Assembly: GCA_965248435.1 (NCBI GenBank)
Contig: OZ252100.1
Span: forward strand, 4,256,001 to 4,320,000
Direction of reading: 5' to 3'
Length of the DNA: 64,000 bases
Origin: Candidatus Latescibacterota bacterium
Lineage (GTDB): Bacteria > Latescibacterota > UBA2968 > GCA-2709665
Part shown: positions 20,628 to 30,859 of the stretch, piece by piece
Position numbering within the stretch: position 1 is the first letter of the stretch
Layout of the letters: every line of letters starts with the position of its first letter
Made by a program: the position numbers and the translations under genes
The notes under the pieces: model-generated
What the model saw: only the letters and a program-made list of their open reading frames with translations
Told to the model about the DNA's origin: nothing
Databases searched by the model: none

Positions 20628-21545
20628 GTGAAATTCAGAGATCCAAACATTACTCGAAAAGGCAATCTACTGAATCGCCATTTCGCCGTCCAACACGATG
20701 TGGGGGGGGTTCCCATCTTTTCCCTCATCGAATTCAACACAACAGAACTCTGCAATCGGACGTGTGAATTTTGCCCTCGCGTTGACCCAGAGGTCTACCC
20801 GAATCGGAAGCTCTTTATATCCCTAGAATTGATGGAGAAGATCAGTAAGGATCTCAGCTCATTTAATTATACCGGAAACATACTGTTCTCGGCGTTTAGC
20901 GAACCTCTGTTGCACAATGACCTCGAATCTCTGATATCTGTGGTGCGGGAATACTGTCCTGAATCGCGAATAGAGGTCGTGACGAATGGCGACTTTGTTA
21001 CGGGAGAACGGACGCAATCCCTATTCGATAGTGGCCTGACAACGCTCTTGATCAGTATGTATGACGGTCCCCAACAGATCGAGCAGTTTACTGCAATTCG
21101 GAATGATTTAGGATTGTCAGAGGACCAATTCATCGTGAGAGTGCGCTACCTTTCGAGGGAGGAGCACTTTGGGCTCACCCTATCGAATCGCGCCGGCTCA
21201 ACTGAGATCGCGGATTTGGGCGTGGGTGGATTATCGGAGCCTCTGAAACAAAGATGTTTCTACCCCAATTATCAAATGATGGTGGATTACGATGGGTCCG
21301 TGCTTCTCTGTCCTCACGACTGGGGAAAGAAGCTCCGCGCCGGAAACCTGAAGGACCAGTCGGTTCTAGAAGTCTGGAACAACAAAATTATGGCCTTTGC
21401 TCGGCAAAAGCTTGGAGATGCTGACCGGCGCTTTGCCCCGTGCAATGTTTGTGACGTAGCGGGAACGCTCATGGGAGGGAGTCATTTCGAAGCCTGGGAA
21501 GATTATTACGCCAGCCACTCGGCGATGCGTGAGGCGCATCGTTGA
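20628..21545 (+). CDS. Radical SAM protein with SPASM/twitch domain
   Basis: CNRTCEFC, FSEPLL, TNGD; C-terminal C-x17-C-x43-CxxC. Confidence 0.92.
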   Translation: MKFRDPNITRKGNLLNRHFAVQHDVGGVPIFSLIEFNTTELCNRTCEFCPRVDPEVYPNRKLFISLELMEKISKDLSSFNYTGNILFSAFSEPLLHNDLESLISVVREYCPESRIEVVTNGDFVTGERTQSLFDSGLTTLLISMYDGPQQIEQFTAIRNDLGLSEDQFIVRVRYLSREEHFGLTLSNRAGSTEIADLGVGGLSEPLKQRCFYPNYQMMVDYDGSVLLCPHDWGKKLRAGNLKDQSVLEVWNNKIMAFARQKLGDADRRFAPCNVCDVAGTLMGGSHFEAWEDYYASHSAMREAHR

Positions 21546-21571
21546 TGGCCATTTGATTTAGGATCATCCTC

Positions 21572-22342
21572 ATGACCATTGCAGCCATTATTCCCGTGCG
21601 AATGGGCTCCTCACGCTTTCCGGGCAAGCCGCTTGCGAAGATTCGCGGCATCCCTATGGTCCAACACGTCTACAAACGCGTATCCCTTGCTGAGGAGTTG
21701 AGTGGCGTATATATCGCAACGTGTGATGAGGAGATTCAAGAAGCAGTGGACTCATTTGGTGGCAATGTGATCATGACCGCCGATACCCACCAGCGTGCAA
21801 GCGACCGGACGGCCGAGGCGGCGAAGGAATTGGACGTGGATATCGTCGTTATGGTGCAGGGGGATGAACCTCTGGTCCACCCTGAGATGGTACGCGTTGC
21901 TGTGGAACCCTTAGTGCACATCCCTGAAATCCTCTGTTCGAATCTGGTTAGCAAGATTCGCAGCCAGCAGGAGTTTCAGGACCAGAATACCGTGAAGGTT
22001 GTGCTAAGCAGAGATGGATTCGCGCTCTATTTTTCGAGGGAGCCGATACCGACGACGCAGGGAGAAAAGGGCTTCTTTTCTGATGTGCCGCTTCTTAAGC
22101 AGGTTTGCATCATCCCCTTCAGGAAGGAGTTTCTGCTGACGTTTGCAGGCCTGGAGCCGACGCCGCTGGAGGTTGCCGAATCGATCGACATGCTGCGCTG
22201 TCTCGAGCATGGATACTCGGTCAAGATGATCGAATCGGAGTACGAGACCCACGCCGTGGATACTCCTGAGGATCTTCGGATTGTTGAGCATATGATGGCT
22301 AGTGACGCCCTGTTTGAGAAATATGCCGACAAAGGCGTCTGA
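21572..22342 (+). CDS. kdsB: CMP-Kdo synthetase family cytidylyltransferase
   Basis: IIPVRMGSSRFPGKPL, VQGDEP, VKVV, ALYFSREPIP, LE..E..DMLR.LEHG, VDTPEDL. Confidence 0.9.
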   Translation: MTIAAIIPVRMGSSRFPGKPLAKIRGIPMVQHVYKRVSLAEELSGVYIATCDEEIQEAVDSFGGNVIMTADTHQRASDRTAEAAKELDVDIVVMVQGDEPLVHPEMVRVAVEPLVHIPEILCSNLVSKIRSQQEFQDQNTVKVVLSRDGFALYFSREPIPTTQGEKGFFSDVPLLKQVCIIPFRKEFLLTFAGLEPTPLEVAESIDMLRCLEHGYSVKMIESEYETHAVDTPEDLRIVEHMMASDALFEKYADKGV

Positions 22343-22351
22343 GTTCGAGAA

Positions 22352-23446
22352 GTGGGGGACGAAAAACTGAGGTCATTGAGCCGCACGGTAATCCCGAAGC
22401 CTAGGCCAGAAGTTTCGGGTTTGTACCGGTACCCGATTCGCCAGGAGGACCGGTACGAGCGGTTGCGTCTGGATAAGAACGAACATGTGTCCGGCTTTTC
22501 AGAAGCGGTTGTTCAGGAGATGCTTGACGGGATCTCGCAGCATTTCCTGGCGGCCTATCCTGAGCCGATCGAATTATATCGAAAGATCGCAGCATGGCAT
22601 GAGCTGGAACTGGAAAATGTACTCATAACATCGGGTTCCGAGCTGGCTATTCGTTATCTGTTCGAGGCGTATCTAGATCGGGGAGACGCGATCGTTTTTG
22701 CGAATCCTTCCTTCGCGATGTTCGAAGTCTACGCAACTCTATGCGGTGCTCAGATTGTGAATATAGACTACCAACCCGATCTCACTATCGACATAGATGC
22801 TTTCATAAGGGCAATTCAGCCACGCACGAAAATTGTCGCCATCGCAAATCCGAATAATCCGACAGGAACGGTTATCGCGGAATCCGATTTGTGCCGGATC
22901 ACGGAAACCGCTGCAGAATCCGCGGCGCTCGTGTTGGTTGACGAAGCCTATTACCATTTCTATCGAAACACGATGGTGGATCATCTTGTCGAATATGACA
23001 ATCTGATTGTAACACGCACCTTCTCAAAGGCGTGTGGGTTGGCTTCCATCCGGTTGGGGTATGCCCTGGGGCATGCTGACGTCATTGATACTATCAGAAA
23101 ACTTCAGCCTATCGATCACGCAAATGCGTTTGCTTTGAAGCTGGGTGCCTACATTGTCGACCATCAGGATCTGATCTGGGATTACGTTGAGCAGGTTGAG
23201 GAGGGTAAGGCGTATTTGGCTGGCGAACTCCAACAAAAGGGGTTCACTCCGTTGTCCAGTCATGGCAACTTTCTTCTGATCGATTTTCAGGACAAGCGAG
23301 ATCAGGTATGTCAGAGATTTGAAGCACACGGTATCTTGATCGGCACGCACGTTCGACTTCCTTTTCCGAACAACTATATCCGCGTGACCCTGGGATCTGT
23401 CCGCGAGATGCGCCGGGTGGTTGAAGCTTTGGAGGAAGTCTTGTGA
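22352..23446 (+). CDS. PLP-dependent aminotransferase, HisC-like (class I/II)
   Basis: RLDKNE, ANPNNPTG, VDEAY, RTFSKACGLASIRLGY. Confidence 0.9.
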   Translation: MGDEKLRSLSRTVIPKPRPEVSGLYRYPIRQEDRYERLRLDKNEHVSGFSEAVVQEMLDGISQHFLAAYPEPIELYRKIAAWHELELENVLITSGSELAIRYLFEAYLDRGDAIVFANPSFAMFEVYATLCGAQIVNIDYQPDLTIDIDAFIRAIQPRTKIVAIANPNNPTGTVIAESDLCRITETAAESAALVLVDEAYYHFYRNTMVDHLVEYDNLIVTRTFSKACGLASIRLGYALGHADVIDTIRKLQPIDHANAFALKLGAYIVDHQDLIWDYVEQVEEGKAYLAGELQQKGFTPLSSHGNFLLIDFQDKRDQVCQRFEAHGILIGTHVRLPFPNNYIRVTLGSVREMRRVVEALEEVL

Positions 23447-23539
23447 TTCTTCTAAAGGCGATACGTATTTTACTCGAAGTAAATGGCCCTGTTCAGTCTC
23501 ACTCCGGGTTTTTATATACCCTGTGAGGAAGGAGATGAT

Positions 23540-25162
23540 GTGACCACTCCCAACGAGTTGATGGGTATTCAGGATTCCTTCTCCGGAGATGGCTCCGATA
23601 AAGAGAAGCGCACTTTCAAAATTTTGTTCCTTTATCCCAATTTTCAAATGGCCCATTTGCTGCTTCCCGCAGGGGTATCCATGCTGTCTGCAGTGTTGAA
23701 GCAGGAGGGTTTCGAAACCCGCCTGTTTGATACTACGTTGTATAAGCCCCAGGACAAAACTTTCGATGACGTGCGTCTGGATCTGCTTCAGATCAAGAAA
23801 GTGACGTCTGCAGAGCGGACGATCGGCTACAAGGAAACAGATCTCCTTGAGGATTTTGTAGAGTTACTGAATGAATATGAGCCGGATTTGCTGGGCGTTT
23901 CCCTGTTGCAGGATACGGCTCCTATTGCCGCACCGCTAATAGATGCTGCCCACGAAAGGGGTGTCCCTGTTTTGGTGGGTGGCATTTATCCGACATTTGC
24001 GCCGGACGACATGCTGAAAGAGGAAAGTGTAGATATGGTATGTCTGGGTGAGGGTGAAAATGCCATCGTGACGTTGTGTGAGCGTATGTCCCGTGGACAA
24101 AGTTACGATGACATTCCGAATCTGTACGTCAAGAAACCAAATGGGACGGTTATCCGGAACCAGATGGGGCCTACTGTGAACATTAACGAACTCCCTCTGC
24201 CTGATTACGACTTATTTGAACCGGCGCGTTTTTTCAGGCCCATGCAAGGTCGTTTACTGAGGATTTTGCCGATCGAGATGCACCGAGGTTGTCCCTATCA
24301 ATGTGCATTCTGTGAAGATCCTATACAGAGCAGGCTCTATAGGGCAATTGGTGAAGTTTATCACCGAGCCAAAGACCCCAAGAGACTGATAGAAGAGCTC
24401 AAGGTCCTCGTAGACAAATACGAGGCAGAATACATTTACTTCAATGCTGAGACATTTTTTGCAATGCCAGAACGTGATTTTGTGGAGATGGCTCACCTTT
24501 ATGCCGAAGAAGTTGGTCTCCCTTTCTGGATGCAGACGCGGCCGGAAACACTAACCAAGAAGCACATTGATATGCTTGTCATGATGAATGTCGCTAACGT
24601 CAACATTGGCCTTGAACACGGTAATGAAGAATTCAGGGCCAAGGTGCTAAAACGGAAGATGAAAAACAGCTTGATTATCGACGGTCTGCGAAACTTGCAC
24701 GAAGCGGGTATTTCCACGACGGTCAATAACATTATGGGTTTCCCTGACGAAACACGGGAGCTTGTTTTTGATACCATTGAACTCAACCGCCACATCCAGT
24801 CTGCAACCATAAATGCTTACTTGTTTAACCCTTACAAAGGGACTGAGCTTTACGAAGTCTGTAAACAGAAAGGCTACTTACCAGAACAGGATACGGATGA
24901 GACCAGGGTGATAGATGCTTTTCTGAGCGAAGATTTTCCTTACTTCAAGACGATTCTGAAAATGCAGTCTATTTCCAGAGAAGAGCTACAAGGTCTACAA
25001 AGAACATTTGTGCTATATGCCAAATTGCCCCGCTCTGAATTCCCGCGAATTCGTGTTGCGGAACAGCTTAATGACGAAGGCGATGAAATGTTCCATGCGC
25101 TGCGGGAGGAATATTTGGGGGGGGAGTATGACGATGTCGTTAAAGAGGATGTTGAAGCCTGA
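23540..25162 (+). CDS. Cobalamin-binding radical SAM protein (class B methyltransferase-like)
   Basis: GTG 23540 after GAGGAAGGAG RBS; B12-binding domain (VLVGGIYPTF.P, GEGE), RGCPYQCAFC, GLEHG, IMGFPDET. Confidence 0.93.
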   Translation: MTTPNELMGIQDSFSGDGSDKEKRTFKILFLYPNFQMAHLLLPAGVSMLSAVLKQEGFETRLFDTTLYKPQDKTFDDVRLDLLQIKKVTSAERTIGYKETDLLEDFVELLNEYEPDLLGVSLLQDTAPIAAPLIDAAHERGVPVLVGGIYPTFAPDDMLKEESVDMVCLGEGENAIVTLCERMSRGQSYDDIPNLYVKKPNGTVIRNQMGPTVNINELPLPDYDLFEPARFFRPMQGRLLRILPIEMHRGCPYQCAFCEDPIQSRLYRAIGEVYHRAKDPKRLIEELKVLVDKYEAEYIYFNAETFFAMPERDFVEMAHLYAEEVGLPFWMQTRPETLTKKHIDMLVMMNVANVNIGLEHGNEEFRAKVLKRKMKNSLIIDGLRNLHEAGISTTVNNIMGFPDETRELVFDTIELNRHIQSATINAYLFNPYKGTELYEVCKQKGYLPEQDTDETRVIDAFLSEDFPYFKTILKMQSISREELQGLQRTFVLYAKLPRSEFPRIRVAEQLNDEGDEMFHALREEYLGGEYDDVVKEDVEA

Positions 25163-25208
25163 AGAATCTGATTCAGCGTAAGTGACATTTTGAATCGGGG
25201 AGGTTTGT

Positions 25209-26786
25209 TTGAGCGCTCCTTGTAAAGTTCTTTTCGTCTACCCTAATCTGCGTGGCATGAACATGCTTCCGCCCGCCATCGGACTTATGTCGTCAATCCT
25301 AAAAGGGCGGGGGCATACCGTCAGGTTGTTTGATACGACTTATTATGAAAGACTGGATGAAAAGGAGGGGGCAGAAGTAGATTCGGATCAGATAAAGACT
25401 GAGAAGCTTATGGCACGCCCCTACAAGATGCCGAACGAAATAACGCTTAAGACAACAAACGTGTTCGAGGATTTTAGGTCGGAGGTTGAGTCCTTTGGCC
25501 CCGATCTGATCGCGATGTCCTGCACAGAGGATATGTTTCAGCTGGGAATCAATCTGTTGAAGACGGTCAGGCAGCATAAGATCCTGACCATTCTTGGCGG
25601 GGTGTTCGCCACGTTTGCGCCCGATTTTGCCCTGAGTTATCCGGAGATAGATATAGTATGCAAGGGGGAAGGAGAGGATGCGCTAGCGATCCTTTGCGAA
25701 CGGCTCGGTAAAGGAAAGCCTCACGATGATATCCCGAATCTTTGGATCAAGCGGAAAGATGGCAGTACAAAGGTGAATCCGACGCAGATGGTGGATATGG
25801 ACGCCAACCCGCTGATCGATATGTCCATCTTCGAAGAAGCGCGATTCTATCGTCCGATGGGTGGCAAGGTCTATCGCATGTTTCCCGTTGAGACGTTCAG
25901 GGGGTGTCCTTACAAGTGCGCTTTCTGCAATTCGCCGACCCAGGAAGTGATCTACCGGAAAGAGACGGGGAAGTCTTATATAAGGCGGAAATCGTTCGAG
26001 AACATGCGGCGGGAGCTGCTGTTTTACAAGGAGGAGATGAAAGCCGAGTATCTCTACTTCTGGGCGGATACGTTCTTTACGTGGAAGCAGGGAGAGTTCG
26101 AGGAATTCGCGGAGATGTATAAGGATATCGGCCTCCCTTTCTGGTGCCAGACGCGCATCGAGACAGTCGGCGAAGCGCGAATGAAGCTGCTCAATGAGAT
26201 CGGGTGCGCCCGAATTTCGTTTGGAATTGAGCACGGCAATGAGGCTTTCCGGAGAAAATGGATTCAAAGGCCGGTTTCGAATGAACTGATGGAGAAAAAC
26301 TTCAAAATCATGGAAGCTTCCGGCATTCCATTCAGCGTGAACAATATCCTGGGGTTCCCGCACGAGACTGAAGAACTGGCCTTTGATACGATCCGGTTCA
26401 ACAGGCTCGTAAACGCTAACGACCGGAACGCGTATGCCTTCACGCCGTTTCACGGGACCCCGCTCCGAGAGGAATGCGAGCGGCTGGGGTTTCTGAAGTA
26501 CGAAGATCTTTCCCGGTCGCTGTTGGTGGGCATAGACGAATCGCCTCTGGATATGCCTCAGTTTCCGCTGGAACGGGTGCAGGCGCTCGTGAAGACGTTC
26601 AACATGTATGTGAAATTTCCAGAATCGCGTTGGTCTGAGATCAAGAAAGCGGAGGCGGAGACGCCGGAAGGCAACAAAGCCTACGAACGTCTGAAGACCG
26701 AGTTTATGGACCGTTTCTGGGAAGAGAGTGACGAGGATTTTGAAGCGGCGGCGATGGAAAAGACTGCCGGGACGCAGATGGCGTAA
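25209..26786 (+). CDS. Cobalamin-binding radical SAM protein, paralog of the preceding gene
   Basis: ILGGVFATFAP, GEGE, RGCPYKCAFC, GIEHG, ILGFPHET, PFHGTPL. Confidence 0.93.
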   Translation: MSAPCKVLFVYPNLRGMNMLPPAIGLMSSILKGRGHTVRLFDTTYYERLDEKEGAEVDSDQIKTEKLMARPYKMPNEITLKTTNVFEDFRSEVESFGPDLIAMSCTEDMFQLGINLLKTVRQHKILTILGGVFATFAPDFALSYPEIDIVCKGEGEDALAILCERLGKGKPHDDIPNLWIKRKDGSTKVNPTQMVDMDANPLIDMSIFEEARFYRPMGGKVYRMFPVETFRGCPYKCAFCNSPTQEVIYRKETGKSYIRRKSFENMRRELLFYKEEMKAEYLYFWADTFFTWKQGEFEEFAEMYKDIGLPFWCQTRIETVGEARMKLLNEIGCARISFGIEHGNEAFRRKWIQRPVSNELMEKNFKIMEASGIPFSVNNILGFPHETEELAFDTIRFNRLVNANDRNAYAFTPFHGTPLREECERLGFLKYEDLSRSLLVGIDESPLDMPQFPLERVQALVKTFNMYVKFPESRWSEIKKAEAETPEGNKAYERLKTEFMDRFWEESDEDFEAAAMEKTAGTQMA

Positions 26787-26887
26787 TGTCTGACTTCAAC
26801 AAAATGTTTCCTTCAGAGACGGAAGACTTCAAGGAAAAATCGTATCGGCGAGGGGTTAAAGTAGAGCAATAAGGAAAGGAACAGGAA

Positions 26888-27904
26888 TTGGGGTCACTTG
26901 CTACCGATAGCCTCCCGAATGTGGCCCGGTTTGCGATCGGGTTCGACCTTCGTGATCGGGACCGGCTCCACGCGATGTGGGACGAGATTTTCGACACACA
27001 GCGTTGGTCGGAGGGGCCGTTTACCGAGCGTTTCGAAGCGCTGTGGTCGTCGTGGAACGGCCTTCCGTCCGTCTCGTTTTCGAGCTGGACGGGCGGTGCC
27101 ATGTCCGCACTGGAGTTTATCGGAGTACGTGGGCACACCGTGCTATGCCCGTCGAATACGTTCATGGCCACCCCACTTTCCGTGATGAAAGCTGGGGGGC
27201 GGATCCAGTTCGTGGACTGCAACCGCGATGACCTATGCATGTCTTTTGTCGACTTTGAGCAGAAGGCAGAAACGTATCACCCGAAGGCGGTCTGGTTGGT
27301 GCACATCGGGGGGCATGTCGCGTTCGAGGTGGAGCAAATCGCGGCTTACTGCGGCGACCACGATATCTGGCTGCTGGAAGATTGTGCGCACGCGCACGGC
27401 GCCCAGTGGAACGGGGCGAGGCCGGGAACGTGGGGGGACGTTGGGGTCTACTCCTTTGCTCCGACCAAGACGATTTCAACAGGCGAGGGAGGCATGCTGG
27501 TTTCCCGGCATGCCGACTTGATCGAATTTGCCAGGAAATACCGGAACTACGGCAAGTTCGAACATGAGGTGGAGGGATTGAATTACCGTCTGAATGAGTT
27601 CACGGCGGCCATCGGTGTTGTGCAGACCGAGCGTCTGGAAGAGATCGTAACTTGGAAGAACCAGTACGCCCGCGACTTTCTGGATACGCAACATCCCGGT
27701 CGGTTGGAATTGCCCGTAGGAATGACATCGGGCCTTTACAAGTATATCGTCTTGGATCCGATCGAAAACTCGACGGGGAAGGTCTACGATCAGCCCGGAC
27801 ATCGGGTTCTAGAACACAAGGTGGACCTGCCCAACACAGATTGGGTTGCGAAAAATCACTGGTGCGTCCCTCTTTACTACCGCGACAGAGACAACCTAGA
27901 ATAG
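26888..27904 (+). CDS. DegT/DnrJ/EryC1/StrS PLP-dependent sugar aminotransferase
   Basis: PSNTFMAT, VHIGG, EDCAHAHG, SFAPTKTISTGEGG. Confidence 0.92.
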   Translation: MGSLATDSLPNVARFAIGFDLRDRDRLHAMWDEIFDTQRWSEGPFTERFEALWSSWNGLPSVSFSSWTGGAMSALEFIGVRGHTVLCPSNTFMATPLSVMKAGGRIQFVDCNRDDLCMSFVDFEQKAETYHPKAVWLVHIGGHVAFEVEQIAAYCGDHDIWLLEDCAHAHGAQWNGARPGTWGDVGVYSFAPTKTISTGEGGMLVSRHADLIEFARKYRNYGKFEHEVEGLNYRLNEFTAAIGVVQTERLEEIVTWKNQYARDFLDTQHPGRLELPVGMTSGLYKYIVLDPIENSTGKVYDQPGHRVLEHKVDLPNTDWVAKNHWCVPLYYRDRDNLE

Positions 27905-28035
27905 CCGTATGCCTAAAGCTAGAATTAAGTTGTGTTTGTCGAATTCAGCACATGTTATGTCTATCCGATAGTTGGGGGCTCCTCTAGAAAGAACTTTGCT
28001 TCGCGGTTGAGCCAGATTGATGAGGTTGAGTAGGG

Positions 28036-29799
28036 ATGCAATTTTTTAGAACATTTTTGGTCGCATTCAAGTTCAAGCCGGTTCTCTCTAGTCTAATTTT
28101 CGGGATTCTGTGTGGCCAGATTCTGATCGAGGGCAGCAGTTTGTTTTCCCTGGTTCCTCTGGTTGACATGCTTGTTCAGCCAGACGAGCCTACCGCAGTG
28201 ACCAGAGAGATAAGCAGTGTTATTGATTCATTTGGTATCAAGCCGTCTTTGTCTGCGTTTCTTTTTCTTGTCGGGTTTATGACTGTGTTCAGGTTCTTCG
28301 GGCTTTATTCGGTCAACATTGCGATTTGGAAATTTCAAAGAAGTATGGATTACCGAATGACAACGGATCTGTACGCCACCCTATTTTCATCAAGGTGGGC
28401 CTATTTCGCATCGAATAAAACAGGGGTTCTCGCGGAATTGATAAAGGGTAAGTGCCATCATGCCTCCCTTGCCTTCCTTTACATCTTCGATTTCTGGAAG
28501 AACCTGTTTCTGCTTTTCGTATTTTGTCTGGTCCCGTTGCTGATTTCTTTCAAGATTACAGTTGGGTGCATTGTTGTTGGGGGCTTGCTCCTTTCGCCAC
28601 TCCTGCTCGCCGGGAGGCTTTACCATAAAATTGCGCATAAGAAGGAACTGATTCTCAATGAGTATACTCATTACTTGTTCGAAAACCTGAGCGCGGCCAA
28701 GCTTATTTTCGCGTATGCTTGGAACGGCTCCAGCATTCGGAAGTTTAGAAGCATTGCAGAACAATACAGACGGAAAGTGTTCCAGGGAGACATTTTGGCA
28801 AATGCTCTCAGCTTGCTGAGTGAACCTGTTTCGATATTGTTCGTACTGCTTGCGATCTATCTGTTGGTCTCTCAGACAGATGAAGCTATTTCATCCTTCG
28901 CCGTAATCATTTACAGCTTGAAGAAGATGATGTCTTCAGGACATGGATGTGTGGCTGCGTATACGACCTTCGAAAATCATCGTCCTGCAATAAACATGGT
29001 GATGGATGAGTCGAAAAAGGCATCTCTTGCGCGGGAGTTGTCAGGTGGTCTTGAGTTTAGCACCTTGAAAGAAGGAATCGAATTCGTAGACGTGGGATTC
29101 TGCTACGCGCCCGGAAATGATGTGTTGGAGAAGATCAGTCTTACAATCAAGAGAGGAAAGATTACGGCTCTTGTCGGAGGATCTGGAGGTGGAAAGACGA
29201 CCGCTGTGGACCTGATTACCGGCTTGTTCAGCCCAGATGCTGGTGAGATTCTGGTGGATGGAGTCAATTTGAGCGAGTACAGCTTGATCAGCTGGAGGAG
29301 AAGGTTGGGCTACATCCCTCAGGAGAGTGCGTTGTTCAATACAACGATCAGGGAAAATATTCTCTGGGGGGCCGAGGGAATCATTTCTGATGATGAGATC
29401 GTCGAGGCTGCGAGGAGGGCAAATGCCCACGAATTCATTCTCGAATGTGAGCATGGGTATAACACTGTTGTTGGAGATAGAGGTCTCCGCCTGTCGGGGG
29501 GACAGAGGCAACGTATCTCCCTGGCCCGGGCACTGGTAAGAAAGCCCGCCATCCTTATCCTGGACGAAGCAACCAGTGCTCTAGACAGCGAATCGGAGTC
29601 GATTGTGCAGAAGTCGATTGAGGAACTGACGAATGAAGTCACTATAGTCGTTGTCGCCCACCGGCTTTCCACTGTGTGCAGCGCAGATATCATCTACATC
29701 CTGGATAGAGGACGAATTGCTGGATCAGGCTCCTTTGCGGACCTTGAAGCTTCGAACGCAGTTTTCCAGCGCTACTCGGAGTTACAAAGAATTAGCTAG
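28036..29799 (+). CDS. ABC transporter, fused permease/ATPase (MsbA/PglK-like glycan flippase candidate)
   Basis: N-terminal TM domain; GGSGGGKT, LSGGQRQR, LILDEATSALD, VAHRLS. Confidence 0.93.
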   Translation: MQFFRTFLVAFKFKPVLSSLIFGILCGQILIEGSSLFSLVPLVDMLVQPDEPTAVTREISSVIDSFGIKPSLSAFLFLVGFMTVFRFFGLYSVNIAIWKFQRSMDYRMTTDLYATLFSSRWAYFASNKTGVLAELIKGKCHHASLAFLYIFDFWKNLFLLFVFCLVPLLISFKITVGCIVVGGLLLSPLLLAGRLYHKIAHKKELILNEYTHYLFENLSAAKLIFAYAWNGSSIRKFRSIAEQYRRKVFQGDILANALSLLSEPVSILFVLLAIYLLVSQTDEAISSFAVIIYSLKKMMSSGHGCVAAYTTFENHRPAINMVMDESKKASLARELSGGLEFSTLKEGIEFVDVGFCYAPGNDVLEKISLTIKRGKITALVGGSGGGKTTAVDLITGLFSPDAGEILVDGVNLSEYSLISWRRRLGYIPQESALFNTTIRENILWGAEGIISDDEIVEAARRANAHEFILECEHGYNTVVGDRGLRLSGGQRQRISLARALVRKPAILILDEATSALDSESESIVQKSIEELTNEVTIVVVAHRLSTVCSADIIYILDRGRIAGSGSFADLEASNAVFQRYSELQRIS

Positions 29800-29839
29800 C
29801 GGTGAACGCGTAGAGTCTCGCGTCCTATTCCGAGGCACT

Positions 29840-30835
29840 ATGAAACTTACTCAGCCCGTACAGATTCTCACGAAGTCTCACTGCAACACAGAGGACCTGG
29901 TCGAATCTGGTCTTAATCGGCTGCAGCAAGACGGGTATGTTGTTTTCGAGCGGTTCTTCCAACCCGAATTTACTGAGGGGATTTATGCAGCTTTTCGTGA
30001 ACGGATCGACTGCCCAGCGTCTTATGGTGGTAAGTTCGGTCGAGGTGAGGACAAGGTTAATGTCACCTATGTGGACCATCCGTTTACGCTTCACCCAAAC
30101 ACGGTCCGGCTGGCGACCCATGAGTCTTTTGTCAAGATCTTTGAGCGTTATGTTCAGACGCCTGTGGTTCTCTCGTATGCCATTGCATATCGCACCCACT
30201 GTATTACAGACCCGGCTTTACAGAGGGACCTCCTCGTGCCCGGTGCATTCAGCGGCTGGCACTCAGACGCGAACCTGATCGCACCCAACCGAGGCTACCG
30301 CCTCTTGGTTTCTATTCTGTATCTGAAGGACGTCAATCCGGGCGGTGGCGCGCTTCAGGTGATCAGAGGCAGCCACACATACGGCAGTCAGAAGCGAGCG
30401 TGGACGCCCGAGGAGGTTGAAGCGCGCAAGGAGAATATCGAGGAGATCTGCGCCCCGGCGGGCTCTGTTATACTTTTCGACATGGAGGTCATCCACCGTG
30501 CAGGCATACCGAAGAACACTTGCCGCGATATTTTCAGGTGTTGTTATGCGCCGGAAGGAAAGTATGCGGAACCTGCAATCTTTTCGAACGAAACGATACC
30601 ATCCGACATGAATCCCAAGGTGGCGCGTCTGTTGAGGTTCGGGCAGGCAAGTTCGATCGCGTTGCCCTTGAGCCAAGGTGATCTTCTAGAAGCTGTTTCG
30701 TTGCGACACCTGTTGGTGGGTGTCGGGGGACGTGTGTTTTCTCCCGAATGGTATTTTACCCAGGCGAGGATGTGCCTGAGACGCGTCGTGTATCGCAGCA
30801 AGCTTTTGAAACGATTCCTAGAGTACCTGAGGTGA
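29840..30835 (+). CDS. PhyH-family Fe(II)/2OG dioxygenase
   Basis: Start ATG 29840 (GAGG RBS); DGYVVF, GWHSD, LYLKDV...GAL.VI.GSH, AGSVILFD...IHRAG, R. Confidence 0.85.
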   Translation: MKLTQPVQILTKSHCNTEDLVESGLNRLQQDGYVVFERFFQPEFTEGIYAAFRERIDCPASYGGKFGRGEDKVNVTYVDHPFTLHPNTVRLATHESFVKIFERYVQTPVVLSYAIAYRTHCITDPALQRDLLVPGAFSGWHSDANLIAPNRGYRLLVSILYLKDVNPGGGALQVIRGSHTYGSQKRAWTPEEVEARKENIEEICAPAGSVILFDMEVIHRAGIPKNTCRDIFRCCYAPEGKYAEPAIFSNETIPSDMNPKVARLLRFGQASSIALPLSQGDLLEAVSLRHLLVGVGGRVFSPEWYFTQARMCLRRVVYRSKLLKRFLEYLR

Positions 30836-30859
30836 CCGTGCGTATTTCGGTTGTATTAG

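Noticed and set aside
22352-23446. hisC of histidine biosynthesis
   Set aside because: No other his genes nearby and it sits inside a sugar operon; symbol withheld.
25683-26453. 256-aa minus-strand ORF
   Set aside because: Antisense shadow of the B12 radical SAM gene.
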